A stretch of 64,000 nt of DNA from Candidatus Cloacimonadales bacterium (GTDB lineage: Bacteria > Cloacimonadota > Cloacimonadia > Cloacimonadales > JAFGVF01). Below are positions 40,207-49,740 of this stretch, in pieces. The notes below the pieces were generated by a model that ran no database searches, was not told where the DNA came from, and was given only the letters and a program-made list of their open reading frames with translations. The first letter of the stretch is position 1, and every line of letters starts with the position of its first letter. The DNA lies in assembly GCA_963678315.1 (NCBI GenBank), contig OY782781.1:640001-704000 (forward strand). The letters run 5' to 3'. Position numbers and translations under genes: made by a program.

Positions 40207-41040
40207 TTAGACTCTAGCCTTCCAAACATAATACCTTTGCATATACCTAACTACTATAGAATAAGGAATCCACCAAAATTCTTTGCATTTAAGCAAGTAA
40301 ATAATATCTCTAGCAGACTCTGATAAAGCAGAAATAAGAACAGCTCTGAGGTAAGAAGCTCTCTTTTCTTGATATATCTCTTTTTCAGCCTTCCCTTCGC
40401 CTGTATAGCGTTTTTTGATGCCTTTAAAGTTATAATTATGTGAGTGTTCAACTACAGCATCAGGAACATATTGGATTTTCTTGCCCATTTTCTTCATTCT
40501 CCATGACCATTCTATATCTTCTGAATATTGAATAGTTGGATTAAATGGATATTCCGTGATAATCTTCTTTGTTACAGCAGAAGACGCTAAGGAGAAGAAG
40601 TGTTTCCATGTTGAAGAAATCTTACCATCTCCAAATGCTCTTTCATAGTCTTTACGAACTAATGGTATTGCATCACTTCGTGGAATCTGATTAGCAAAGA
40701 CTGAGACCACTTCCGGGTCTTCTTCAAATGGTTTAATTAACTTTTCTAGCCAATATTTATCTTGGGGAATACAGTCTGAATTGTTAAAAACAATAATCTC
40801 TCCAGAGACTTTTGAAATTGCCTCATTAAGAACTCTTCCTGGCACATAAGTACCTGGTTCAATTTGATAAATTATATCTGGATTATATTCTTGAGCTAGC
40901 TCATAAGAACCATCTGTAGAACCAGAATCAACTATCAGCAATTCAAAGTCTTGCATTGTTTGCTTTTCTAGCATTTTAAGAGCATATTTTATGTATGGCA
41001 TCTCATTATAGACACGCATAATTATTGAAACTTTTGGCAT
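40207..41040 (-). CDS. Glycosyltransferase family 2 (rhamnosyltransferase-like)
   Basis: VSIIM..YNE, VDSGSTDG, SEDIEW. Confidence 0.88.
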   Translation of the reverse strand: MPKVSIIMRVYNEMPYIKYALKMLEKQTMQDFELLIVDSGSTDGSYELAQEYNPDIIYQIEPGTYVPGRVLNEAISKVSGEIIVFNNSDCIPQDKYWLEKLIKPFEEDPEVVSVFANQIPRSDAIPLVRKDYERAFGDGKISSTWKHFFSLASSAVTKKIITEYPFNPTIQYSEDIEWSWRMKKMGKKIQYVPDAVVEHSHNYNFKGIKKRYTGEGKAEKEIYQEKRASYLRAVLISALSESARDIIYLLKCKEFWWIPYSIVVRYMQRYYVWKARV

Positions 41041-41044
41041 GGTT

Positions 41045-42667
41045 TTACCTATTAATATCTAATACTACTTTAGTCTCATTCAACTCTTTAGCATATCTAT
41101 TTCGATAAAACTCTTTTGACCATGATAGAACCATATATAATCCTCTACCGGAAACATCAAAAAGGTCTTTTTCAAACAGATATGGATTGTCTAGATTATA
41201 CTTAACAGTGTCCGGAGCCCACTCAATTCCTTTATCCCACATTGTTAAAGTAAGCTTTTCTTCTTCTATTTTGAATTCGAAGACAATCCTAGCTTCTTCT
41301 TCGAAATTATATCCATGTTCAATAATATTATTAAGAAGTTCATCTATAATGATTTCAACTCGTGCTGCAAGAGTTGAGTTATTTGTCCATTCATGAACAA
41401 GCTTTTCACACTCTTGAGAAACCGCACTGACATCTTTCATCACAGCTTTAACCCAGAAGACCATTCTCTTCTCGATAGGTTTTTCTTTTTTTATTAAGTC
41501 TTCTTCTTGGCATTGTAACTGCATTGCAAAAAGAGTAAAATCATCATCACTCATTTTATAATCATTGTCCAATAAGTGTTGTTTGATTTTAAATGGAAGT
41601 GTAACTGTATTTATGTCTTCAATTTCTTTAGATAGGATATTAGTTAAACCATCAATCCCAAACTCTTTGCCTTGTGGATTTACAGATTCATTCAGTCCAT
41701 CTGTATAAAGAAGAAGTATATTATCAGATGTTAAATTTACAACATCAATATCGTCTTCATTAAAAGAATAATTAGCTGTCCAGCCTATCGGAATTGTACC
41801 TTTCTCTTCGTGACTTGTAACCTTATGACTAGTTGTATTGTACTCAATTAAAGGTGGATGGCCTGCATTAATATATTCATAGGTTTTCTTCTTAGTATCA
41901 ACTATACCTAAAATTAGTGTAAAATATGCATCGGTTGTCTTGAAAAGTTCTTTAGAAAGCATGGTATTGAGTTTTGACATCAACAAACATAGATTCATGT
42001 CATCTTTATGGTCTTCTACAAGTAGGTTGATTGTAGTTCTAACGGCTGACATAAACAATGCTGCCTGTACACCATGACCAGATATATCTCCTAAATAAAC
42101 CAAGTATTGATTTTCATTAATTTTAATTGTATTAAATACATCTCCACCTACATGATTAGATGGTACATAGTCAGAGATAAATAACATTTCTTTATCTAAT
42201 AAAATCCATTCAGGAAGTATCATTTTCATAATCAAAGAAGCAGTTATCATATCATCTTGAAGTGCTTTAAAGTAGATTTGCTTTTCTTTCTCTGCCGCCT
42301 TGATTCTAAGAATATTCTTAACTCTAGCTAATAATTCAACTGTTTGCCAAGGCTTTCTAATATAATCTAAAGCACCGGCATCAAATCCATGAGCTAAGGA
42401 TTCATTATCTACATTGGAAGTAACTTGTATAACAGGAAGTTCAGGTTCCATTTCAACAAGTCTTTTACATGTCTCAAAACCATCTAATCCTGGCATTGTA
42501 ACATCTAGAAGAACTAAATCATAGCTATTCTTGGAAACTAATTCTATCGCTTCATAACCATTGGTTCCGAATTCAACATCGTATCCATTTTTAGTCAGGG
42601 TAGAACCCAACATTTTTCTCATTATTTTTTCATCATCAACTACTAAAATTTTAGCTCTCTTTTCCAA
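41045..42667 (-). CDS. Receiver-PP2C (SpoIIE) phosphatase-HATPase (RsbW-like) fusion
   Basis: VVDDE..LLDVTMP..KP receiver; GGD, GDISGHG, NAGHPP, YTDG, DDFT phosphatase motifs; ELLNNIIEHG, DKG, GRGL kinase motifs; TTG start. Confidence 0.88.
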   Translation of the reverse strand: MEKRAKILVVDDEKIMRKMLGSTLTKNGYDVEFGTNGYEAIELVSKNSYDLVLLDVTMPGLDGFETCKRLVEMEPELPVIQVTSNVDNESLAHGFDAGALDYIRKPWQTVELLARVKNILRIKAAEKEKQIYFKALQDDMITASLIMKMILPEWILLDKEMLFISDYVPSNHVGGDVFNTIKINENQYLVYLGDISGHGVQAALFMSAVRTTINLLVEDHKDDMNLCLLMSKLNTMLSKELFKTTDAYFTLILGIVDTKKKTYEYINAGHPPLIEYNTTSHKVTSHEEKGTIPIGWTANYSFNEDDIDVVNLTSDNILLLYTDGLNESVNPQGKEFGIDGLTNILSKEIEDINTVTLPFKIKQHLLDNDYKMSDDDFTLFAMQLQCQEEDLIKKEKPIEKRMVFWVKAVMKDVSAVSQECEKLVHEWTNNSTLAARVEIIIDELLNNIIEHGYNFEEEARIVFEFKIEEEKLTLTMWDKGIEWAPDTVKYNLDNPYLFEKDLFDVSGRGLYMVLSWSKEFYRNRYAKELNETKVVLDINR

Positions 42668-42905
42668 GATAACTCCTTCGGTATCTAAATCGAACGGTTA
42701 TTATTTAGTCAATTAACAAATCACCTGAATATTGTTTTTAACAACCATTCCTACTAACCAATTTATATATATTATTCCATAAACGCCAAATAGTATGGGA
42801 ATAACATCTTTCTACTTTATCTTCAATATTTTACTAAATCATATTTAATGCTTTTAAAAGATACTTGTCAATAAAAAACTACATTCACTCAACAATCAGC
42901 TAGTT

Positions 42906-43670
42906 TTAACCATATTGTTGCTTTAGAAAGGAGTTTACTGAGGTGTAGAATTCAGACACCTCTTTAGTAGCTTTTTCACAGGCTAGATTAAGAGCATTAC
43001 CTTCTGCTAGATAACATGCTAAAGATGATGCAAAGAAACACCCTGTACCATGTGAATAATCAAGCTTTTCCCTATCTTTAGAATAATATTTTACATCTGA
43101 ATCAGTTACCAATACTTCTGTAATTGTAGGTAAAGCCATGTTAAAGTGTCCGCCTTTTATATAAACAGAACACCCATACTCGCTTAAAATTTCTTTACTT
43201 CTCTCTATCGCTTCAATCATAGATTCTGGCCTATTTTTGCCTAATAACTCAATCTCATTTCTATTTGGAGTTACAAGATCAACATAGTTGAGTAAATCCC
43301 TGTAAGAGTCTATATCTTCTGTTGAAAGAAATGAACAACCTTTACTAGGGGCAAAAACTGGGTCAAGTATAACTAATCTAGCTTTGTATTTCTTCAATAG
43401 TTCAGCTACAGCCTTGACAATCTCGATAGAACATAATGCTCCTATCTTAACTACATCAATATCAAAGGAATTAAAATTTTTCTCAATCTGTTCTATAACT
43501 TGTTGCACTGGTAAAGGATATATTTTGTCTAATCCTGTAAAATCTTGAACTGTTATTCCAGTTATAACACTTAATCCCCAAAAACCATGCCTATAAGCCA
43601 CTTTTAAATCCTGTTGGACTCCTGCCCCTCCAGAGTTATCAGACCCTGCTATAGTCATAAAATACTTCAT
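42906..43670 (-). CDS. thiD: Hydroxymethylpyrimidine/phosphomethylpyrimidine kinase
   Basis: TIAGSDNSGGAGVQQD, KIG, LDPV, TPN, KGGH, HGTGC. Confidence 0.9.
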   Translation of the reverse strand: MKYFMTIAGSDNSGGAGVQQDLKVAYRHGFWGLSVITGITVQDFTGLDKIYPLPVQQVIEQIEKNFNSFDIDVVKIGALCSIEIVKAVAELLKKYKARLVILDPVFAPSKGCSFLSTEDIDSYRDLLNYVDLVTPNRNEIELLGKNRPESMIEAIERSKEILSEYGCSVYIKGGHFNMALPTITEVLVTDSDVKYYSKDREKLDYSHGTGCFFASSLACYLAEGNALNLACEKATKEVSEFYTSVNSFLKQQYG

Positions 43671-43874
43671 ACATCACCTCTAATTTCTAACTGTCATATA
43701 AGCTCAATAATAAACTCTTTTAGTCAAGCCAAATGCTCCATTACCTAAGATAAATTATAATTAATGCACGCATAATTCCAAACTATACTTTCTTATGAAA
43801 AAATCACTAGTTTTCTAGTAGACCTGAGATATAGTAAATTATTTTGGATAATATAAAATTTGTTATATAAAAAA

Positions 43875-43974
43875 AGCCAGGTTACCGGCGGCACACAATA
43901 AGCACCCCTTAATGCTGCTTCATTCCTGACCTGACATGGTTCGAGGGTTAAAGTTGCACCGGACCTGACTTGGC
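43875..43974 (-). ncRNA. ffs: Small signal recognition particle RNA (4.5S)
   Basis: Minus strand ..UGUCAGGUCA-GGAA-UGAAGCAGCA.. helix-8 motif inside a long hairpin. Confidence 0.9.
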
Positions 43975-44078
43975 AAAGTTAATTTTCATTAGTTTCATGT
44001 CAAGAATTAATAAATATTTATCTGAAAGAACATTTATCGCTATTCGGAAATGCATTTATTTCAATTTTAATTATTTAG

Positions 44079-45087
44079 CCACGAATAACACCAATCTTCA
44101 CAAATCCAGACCATAAACAATTAAAGCAATGCATCATCTGGGATAAAAAACATTTGATAAACAGTTTGCGTAAGCATGAAGTTCCTTCAACCTATCGGTG
44201 GATGCTTACACTCCATCACCATCTGGGTGCACAAGCTACAGTCTTCGCCTGTCACAGTCCTTGCTTGTATCTGAGACATTTTTCCATACGTCTCTACAAA
44301 TTCACTTATAACTTCGTTCTAAGTGAAGCCAGCTCGGAGGCTGGCGATCCCAGTAACTCCTAACTTCTCACTCCTAACTACTAACCCCTAACTCCTCACT
44401 CCATCTGTCCAGTCCTAAATAATTTGACTGTTTTTCGTGTTATTCGTGCTTTTCGTGGTAAACTTCTCTGTTTGCAGATAAAGCTTAGCCTTTATGTCGC
44501 CCTTTCAGGGCTTTTTTTATTTTTTAACTATTACATGGAGGGCAAGCCTCCATGCTTAGTATATGCCACCCCTTCGGGGTTAGACGAACGTCCGTTCGTC
44601 TCTACAAATTCACTTATAACTTCGTTCTAAGTGAAGCCAGCTCGGAGGCTGGCGATCCCAGTAACTCCTAAATTCTCCACTCCTAACTCCTAACTTCTAA
44701 CTTCTAACTCCTAACTTCTAACTCCTAACTCCATCTGTCCAGTCCTAAATAATTTGACTGTTTTTCGTGTTATTCGTGCTTTTCGTGGTAAACTTCTCTG
44801 TTTGCAGATAAAGCTTAGCCTTTATGTCGCCCTTTCAGGGCTTTTTTTATTTTTTAACTATTACATGGAGGGCAAGCCTCCATGCTTAGTATATGCCACC
44901 CCTTCGGGGTTAGACGAACGTCCGTTCGTCTCTACAAATTCACTTATAACTTCGTTCTAAGTGAAGCCAGCTCGGAGGCTGGCGATCCCAGTAACTCCTA
45001 AATTCTCCACTCCTAACTCCTCACTCCTAACTTCTGCCTTAAGGGTCTCCTTGAAAAATCGGCTTTTTTTCAAGGTGGCAAGTAAGG
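44079..45087. repeat. 1-kb hairpin mosaic with a 308/330-bp tandem repeat (cluster H)
   Basis: cgtctctacaaattcac recurs at 44289, 44597 and 44927; variable ctcctaa heptamer tracts; gccctttcagggc and ccccttcgggg hairpins; 51-bp palindrome at 45037-45087. Confidence 0.9.
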
Positions 45088-45178
45088 GAGCTCTAAAGGT
45101 CTACTTTTGAAATAAAAAAAAACCGATTAAAACTTCTTTGCAAAAGTGATAATCGGATATCTATGTGTTTGGTTGTTG

Positions 45179-45655
45179 TTAATGTTCTGGCGGTGGTGGA
45201 GGCATTTCTCCTTCACGGTGTCCCCTATTTCTTCTGCCAGGTCTTTCTTTTTTCATATTTTTAAGATGGAAGCCAAAGACTTCTTGTGCTTGTTGGTAGC
45301 TAATATTTTTTCTAAGACTAATCATTTCTTCATGAATATTCTTAGTGATTTTAGAATTAAAGGCTTGAATCTTTTCTACAGAAGTTTCAAGATAATCATA
45401 ATCAGGATTCTCTTTGACTAGCTCTTGCATGAACTTAATCTTTTCTTTACGATTATCTTCATTAATAGTTTGTATTCTTTTTTTATATTTGTTGTGCACT
45501 TCTGGGTGAATCTTTTTCATCTTTTGGAAGTGCTGTAACATTTCCTTTTGCTCATTGTTGTGGAATCTTCTGTAGCGAAGAACCATAGTTGTAACCACTG
45601 CTATGTTAAAAGCTAGAGATACAATCAAAAGTATTGTTATTATTCTTTTACTCAT
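45179..45655 (-). CDS. Membrane-anchored Spy/CpxP-like (periplasmic heavy-metal-sensor family) protein
   Basis: LLIVSLAFNIA anchor; helical body; ..ISYQQ.. motif; third gene of the ECF operon. Confidence 0.7.
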   Translation of the reverse strand: MSKRIITILLIVSLAFNIAVVTTMVLRYRRFHNNEQKEMLQHFQKMKKIHPEVHNKYKKRIQTINEDNRKEKIKFMQELVKENPDYDYLETSVEKIQAFNSKITKNIHEEMISLRKNISYQQAQEVFGFHLKNMKKERPGRRNRGHREGEMPPPPPEH

Positions 45656-45666
45656 AATATCACCCT

Positions 45667-46074
45667 CTATTCATCGTAATATACAGTTAAATAATCATCA
45701 AGACTAACAGAAGCCACAACTGTAGTTTGACTGCTTTCTTCTGTTGTTGTATTGCTATTAGTGAACAGTATGTTGGTTGAGAATATTCCCAAATATACAC
45801 TAAGTGCTGTAGCAAGAGCGGGTAGAGCAAACTTTGAAAAGAAGCTTCTTTTCTCACTCTTAGAATATTCGATACTATTCAAAATTCTTTCAGATACGTA
45901 AGCAGGTGTTTCAAGCTCAATGGTATCATCCATAATGTTAAATAGCATTTTAGCTTCTTCATATTGTTTCTTAAAAGAACTATCCTTCTGCAATAATTCT
46001 TTGAGAAGCTTTTCGTCCTGCTTGCTAGCTTCACCATCAAGACAGCGGTTAATCAATCTATCGTATTTCATCAT
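45667..46074 (-). CDS. Putative single-TM anti-sigma factor
   Basis: LI.R.LDGE N-terminus and one TM segment; directly downstream of the ECF sigma gene. Confidence 0.75.
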   Translation of the reverse strand: MMKYDRLINRCLDGEASKQDEKLLKELLQKDSSFKKQYEEAKMLFNIMDDTIELETPAYVSERILNSIEYSKSEKRSFFSKFALPALATALSVYLGIFSTNILFTNSNTTTEESSQTTVVASVSLDDYLTVYYDE

Positions 46075-46104
46075 TCTCTCCTAAAAAGGTTGAGTTCTCA
46101 CTAT

Positions 46105-46602
46105 TCACGGTCTATATTTACTTATTTCTTTTCTCATCTTCTTTCTAGCTCTAACAAGCTGTGATTCTATTGCCTTCACTGAAAGTCCGGTTTCTTCAGA
46201 AATCTCTTTATAAGACAATTTCCTAAAGTTTTTCATTTCTATCAACATTGCCATCTTAACTGGAAGCTTGGCTATTGCCATGTGTATCAACTTCGAGTTC
46301 TCTTCTTTAATCTTCTCATCTGAAGACTTATCTTCTTCAGCAAGATTCTTAAAATCAAGGGGAGCTACTAAGGTAAACTTCTTTCTCTTCTTAAGGAAAT
46401 CTAAAGACCTATTATGACAAGATCTATACAGATATGAAGAAACTTTCTCTTCATCTACCCTTTCCATTTTACTATGAAAAGATAAGAAAACACTTTGAAG
46501 AATATCTTCAGCATCTTCCCTATTGTGTACAAATTTATACACATAGCCATAAAGCTTAGGTCCATAATCCTTAACTATTTTTTCGAAATTACCTATATTC
46601 AT
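46105..46602 (-). CDS. ECF RNA polymerase sigma factor
   Basis: DAEDILQSVF (region 2) and LSYKEISE..G.SVKAIESQLVRARK (region 4); start at ATG 46602 behind GGGAG. Confidence 0.92.
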   Translation of the reverse strand: MNIGNFEKIVKDYGPKLYGYVYKFVHNREDAEDILQSVFLSFHSKMERVDEEKVSSYLYRSCHNRSLDFLKKRKKFTLVAPLDFKNLAEEDKSSDEKIKEENSKLIHMAIAKLPVKMAMLIEMKNFRKLSYKEISEETGLSVKAIESQLVRARKKMRKEISKYRP

Positions 46603-46620
46603 TAAATCTCCCAAACTTAT

Positions 46621-46654
46621 AGACGGGCTAACTTGAATAATCCTTCACTTTTTT
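46621..46654 (-). promoter_or_regulatory. Putative ECF autoregulatory promoter
   Basis: Minus strand AAAAAAGTGAAGGA-N16-GTCT; the same motif and spacing occur at 59228-59261. Confidence 0.7.
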
Positions 46655-46741
46655 ATAAAAAAAAGCAAGATTATACAAAATCTTGCTCAATATATTACAT
46701 ATTTATCTCAAATATTTTAGTTAACTTGTCAATGATAGTTA

Positions 46742-47365
46742 CTAATCGTCTTCTTCCATTTCAGGCTTAACAATAGTTTCATAGCAAGTTGGACAGATAC
46801 TATGACTGAATTGAGTATCAGAATGTTCACTGATATACTGGTCAAGATCTTGCCAAGACTTATCATCTAGTCTAACTTTCTTACAGTAAGAGCAGATGGA
46901 AATCATCTTTTCAAGAGATCTAACTCGGCTTAAACTTTCTTCAAGCGCCTGACGTTGACTTTCAAGTTTAAGTGCTGATTGCACTCGGACCATCAATTCA
47001 ATATGATTAAAAGGCTTGCTTATATAATCCATTGCCCCCAAATTAAAGCTCTTTTTGAGAGGTTTCATTTCGTCAGCAAGCGGTAGAGCAGTAATCACAA
47101 TAACAGGAATATGTTTGAAAGCATTTCTCTTTTTGATATAATCAAGAACTTCATATCCGCTCATTTCAGGCATCATAATATCTAATAGAATAATATCAGG
47201 AAGCTCTGAATCAAGTCTATCAATCAGTTCTTGGCCACTTGAGAATAGTTGCAAGTTATCGTAATTATTCTGATTCAGAATAGCTTTAATGAGACGTAGA
47301 TTTATCGGGTCATCATCAACCACATAAATCAGCATGTGTTCTAGCGATTTATTCATATTAATCAT
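46742..47365 (-). CDS. Response regulator receiver with C-terminal Cys/His zinc-ribbon-like tail
   Basis: VVDDD, LLDIMMP, KP; ICSYCKKVR ... FSHSICPTC. Confidence 0.85.
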   Translation of the reverse strand: MINMNKSLEHMLIYVVDDDPINLRLIKAILNQNNYDNLQLFSSGQELIDRLDSELPDIILLDIMMPEMSGYEVLDYIKKRNAFKHIPVIVITALPLADEMKPLKKSFNLGAMDYISKPFNHIELMVRVQSALKLESQRQALEESLSRVRSLEKMISICSYCKKVRLDDKSWQDLDQYISEHSDTQFSHSICPTCYETIVKPEMEEDD

Positions 47366-49085
47366 CCTTTTTTAATGATTCTGAATACTCAAACATTTCC
47401 TCAAGGGTATCGTATCTATCGAAAAGTTTTTTTGCTTCTTGGAGTTGAGTATCCATTGCTATTCGAATACGATAGCCTTCCTGACTACCAAATTTTTTCT
47501 CAATAATTTCACTTGTCAATGATAGTTTTACAAAATCCTTAGAATTCTCAACATCATTAGGGTTAGGATTAGCTAAATCTATTGTATTTGTGCTAACATT
47601 ATCAATTTCAGGATTTTCTATAAGACTCTCAATAGTCTTTTCTCTAGCGAATTCATAGAAAGCAGAAACAACTTTATCATCAGCACGGAAGTCTAAATCT
47701 ACATCATCAGAATGTTCTAACATATACTCAACAGCAAAATCAAAGAAATAGTTCTTTCTTCTTAGTTCTAGTTCAAACCTAGAAAGTGTGTCTGCCTCAA
47801 TAACAATATCAGGATTGATACCGCCACCACCATAAACAACTCGTCCTTTTTGAGTGTGATAGATATGTTCATGGTTAGTTTTTTCTATATCTTCTTGCTC
47901 TTCTTTAGTAACTTTCTTACCTGTGAGAATCTTGTCATTAATGATTTTATGAATACATCTTCCAGAATTAATATAGTAATGAGAAGTAGTGATTTTAATG
48001 CCAGAACCATCAGTTAGTCTGAATAGTTGTTGAACTGAACCTTTACCGAAAGATGTCTTACCTAATACTAAACCTCTGTCATAATCTTGCATAGAACCTG
48101 AGAAGATTTCTGATGCACTTGCAGAAGCTTCGTTAATAAGCACAACAATAGGGTAGTCATTACGTTTAATATCTTTTTCTGTGAAATACTCATCATTAGC
48201 AAAATTAGCTCTTCCTTGAGTGTAAACAACCCTTTTATTAGGACCAATAAACTCATTTACAGTGTTGATTGCTTCATTAAGAAGTCCACCCGGATTGAAT
48301 CTTAAATCAATTATTAATCCTTCCATGCCATCAGCTTCAAGCTTATCTAAAGCTGCAGATAACTCAGTAGAAGTATTGCTATTGAATTGAGACATTCGGA
48401 TATAACCAACATTGTTATCAAGCTTAAAGCTATAAGGAACACTCTTTATCTTTATAACATCTCTAACGATTTTGAAATCAAGAGCTTCTTTAACACCAGG
48501 TCTGATTACAGTAATAACAACTTCACTACCAATGGCTCCACGCATCTTTTTGATAGATTCATCAGTAGTAATACCTGAAATATCTTCCCCATCGACCTTC
48601 CAAATCATGTCACCTGCCATGATACCCATTTTGTAAGCTGGAGTTCCTTCAATCGGACTAACAACAGTAATGAAATCACCTTTCTTATCTATCTGGATAC
48701 CTAAGCCACCGAACTCACCTTTAGTTGAGCTTGAGAACTTAGCAAATTCATCTGGACTGAAGTAAGTAGTGTGGGGATCAAGCCCTTTAAGCATTCCATT
48801 TATAGCGTCAGTAATAAGCTGGTCATTATCTACTTCATCAACGTAAATCATGTTTAATCTACGTACAATATCAAGCATTTTTGCTACATTCTGAGATATT
48901 GAACTTCCACCACTTTGATTATTATTTATCTGTGCAACTAAGTCGCCTTTATCCATACTCAATAGGACATTAGCTTCATCTGCTCTATCTTTTGAATTAG
49001 CATTTGTGTATGCTAATAAACCTGTCATTATCCATAAAATAGAAAACGCTAAGACCACTGACTTGTTAAATTTACTTAACTTCAT
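47358..49085 (-). CDS. ctpA: Carboxy-terminal processing protease (S41A)
   Basis: LDPHT; GLGI PDZ; DLRFNPGGLL, SASASEI, FGKGSVQ. Confidence 0.93.
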   Translation of the reverse strand: MKLSKFNKSVVLAFSILWIMTGLLAYTNANSKDRADEANVLLSMDKGDLVAQINNNQSGGSSISQNVAKMLDIVRRLNMIYVDEVDNDQLITDAINGMLKGLDPHTTYFSPDEFAKFSSSTKGEFGGLGIQIDKKGDFITVVSPIEGTPAYKMGIMAGDMIWKVDGEDISGITTDESIKKMRGAIGSEVVITVIRPGVKEALDFKIVRDVIKIKSVPYSFKLDNNVGYIRMSQFNSNTSTELSAALDKLEADGMEGLIIDLRFNPGGLLNEAINTVNEFIGPNKRVVYTQGRANFANDEYFTEKDIKRNDYPIVVLINEASASASEIFSGSMQDYDRGLVLGKTSFGKGSVQQLFRLTDGSGIKITTSHYYINSGRCIHKIINDKILTGKKVTKEEQEDIEKTNHEHIYHTQKGRVVYGGGGINPDIVIEADTLSRFELELRRKNYFFDFAVEYMLEHSDDVDLDFRADDKVVSAFYEFAREKTIESLIENPEIDNVSTNTIDLANPNPNDVENSKDFVKLSLTSEIIEKKFGSQEGYRIRIAMDTQLQEAKKLFDRYDTLEEMFEYSESLKKDD

Positions 49086-49086
49086 G

Positions 49087-49710
49087 TTAACCTTCCAACT
49101 TTTTATTAATTATTGTTTTAATCTCTGCAAATATATCTTCCACACTTTTTGTTCCATCAAGTATAATATATCTATTTTTAAACTCAGTAGCCAGTTTTAG
49201 AAACTCTTTTCTTACCTTTTTGTGGAAGGTGTCTGGTTCCTGTTCCATTCTATCCTTCCCTCTTCCTGCAATTCTATTCATACTTTCTTCGACAGTAATA
49301 TCAAGCAAGAAGGTAATGTCTGGAGAAGTAGAGTAAGTAGCAAAATCAGTTAAAGTATCAATTACTTGCCTATTTAAGTCACGTGCTGCACCTTGATAAG
49401 CAAGGGTAGAATCATAATACCTATCGCAAATTACATGCTTACCGGAATTCAAGGCAGGAATAATCTTCTCACCAGTGTGTTGAGCTCTACTAGCCATATA
49501 AAGAAGCAATTCTGTTTCAGGGTTTAACTCTTTGTGAGAACTATCAAGCAGAATTTCTCTTATCTTCTCAGATATAAACGTTCCACCTGGCTCTCTGGTT
49601 ACACAAAAAGATATATTATTTGCCTGAAAGTAGTCTGACAATAGTTTAGTTTGTGTTGATTTTCCGCAACCTTCTATTCCTTCGAATGTTATAAATAAAC
49701 CTTTTTTCAT
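49087..49710 (-). CDS. tmk: Thymidylate kinase
   Basis: FEGIEGCGKST, REPGG, DRY..S..AYQG. Confidence 0.96.
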   Translation of the reverse strand: MKKGLFITFEGIEGCGKSTQTKLLSDYFQANNISFCVTREPGGTFISEKIREILLDSSHKELNPETELLLYMASRAQHTGEKIIPALNSGKHVICDRYYDSTLAYQGAARDLNRQVIDTLTDFATYSTSPDITFLLDITVEESMNRIAGRGKDRMEQEPDTFHKKVRKEFLKLATEFKNRYIILDGTKSVEDIFAEIKTIINKKLEG

Positions 49711-49740
49711 TGTATTCCCATATTAATTTATCAATATCAT

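Noticed and set aside
44154..44960. Short ORFs at 44154, 44424 and 44754 (two identical 68-aa ORFs)
   Set aside because: They are translations of the tandem hairpin repeats, with TTG starts and no RBS.
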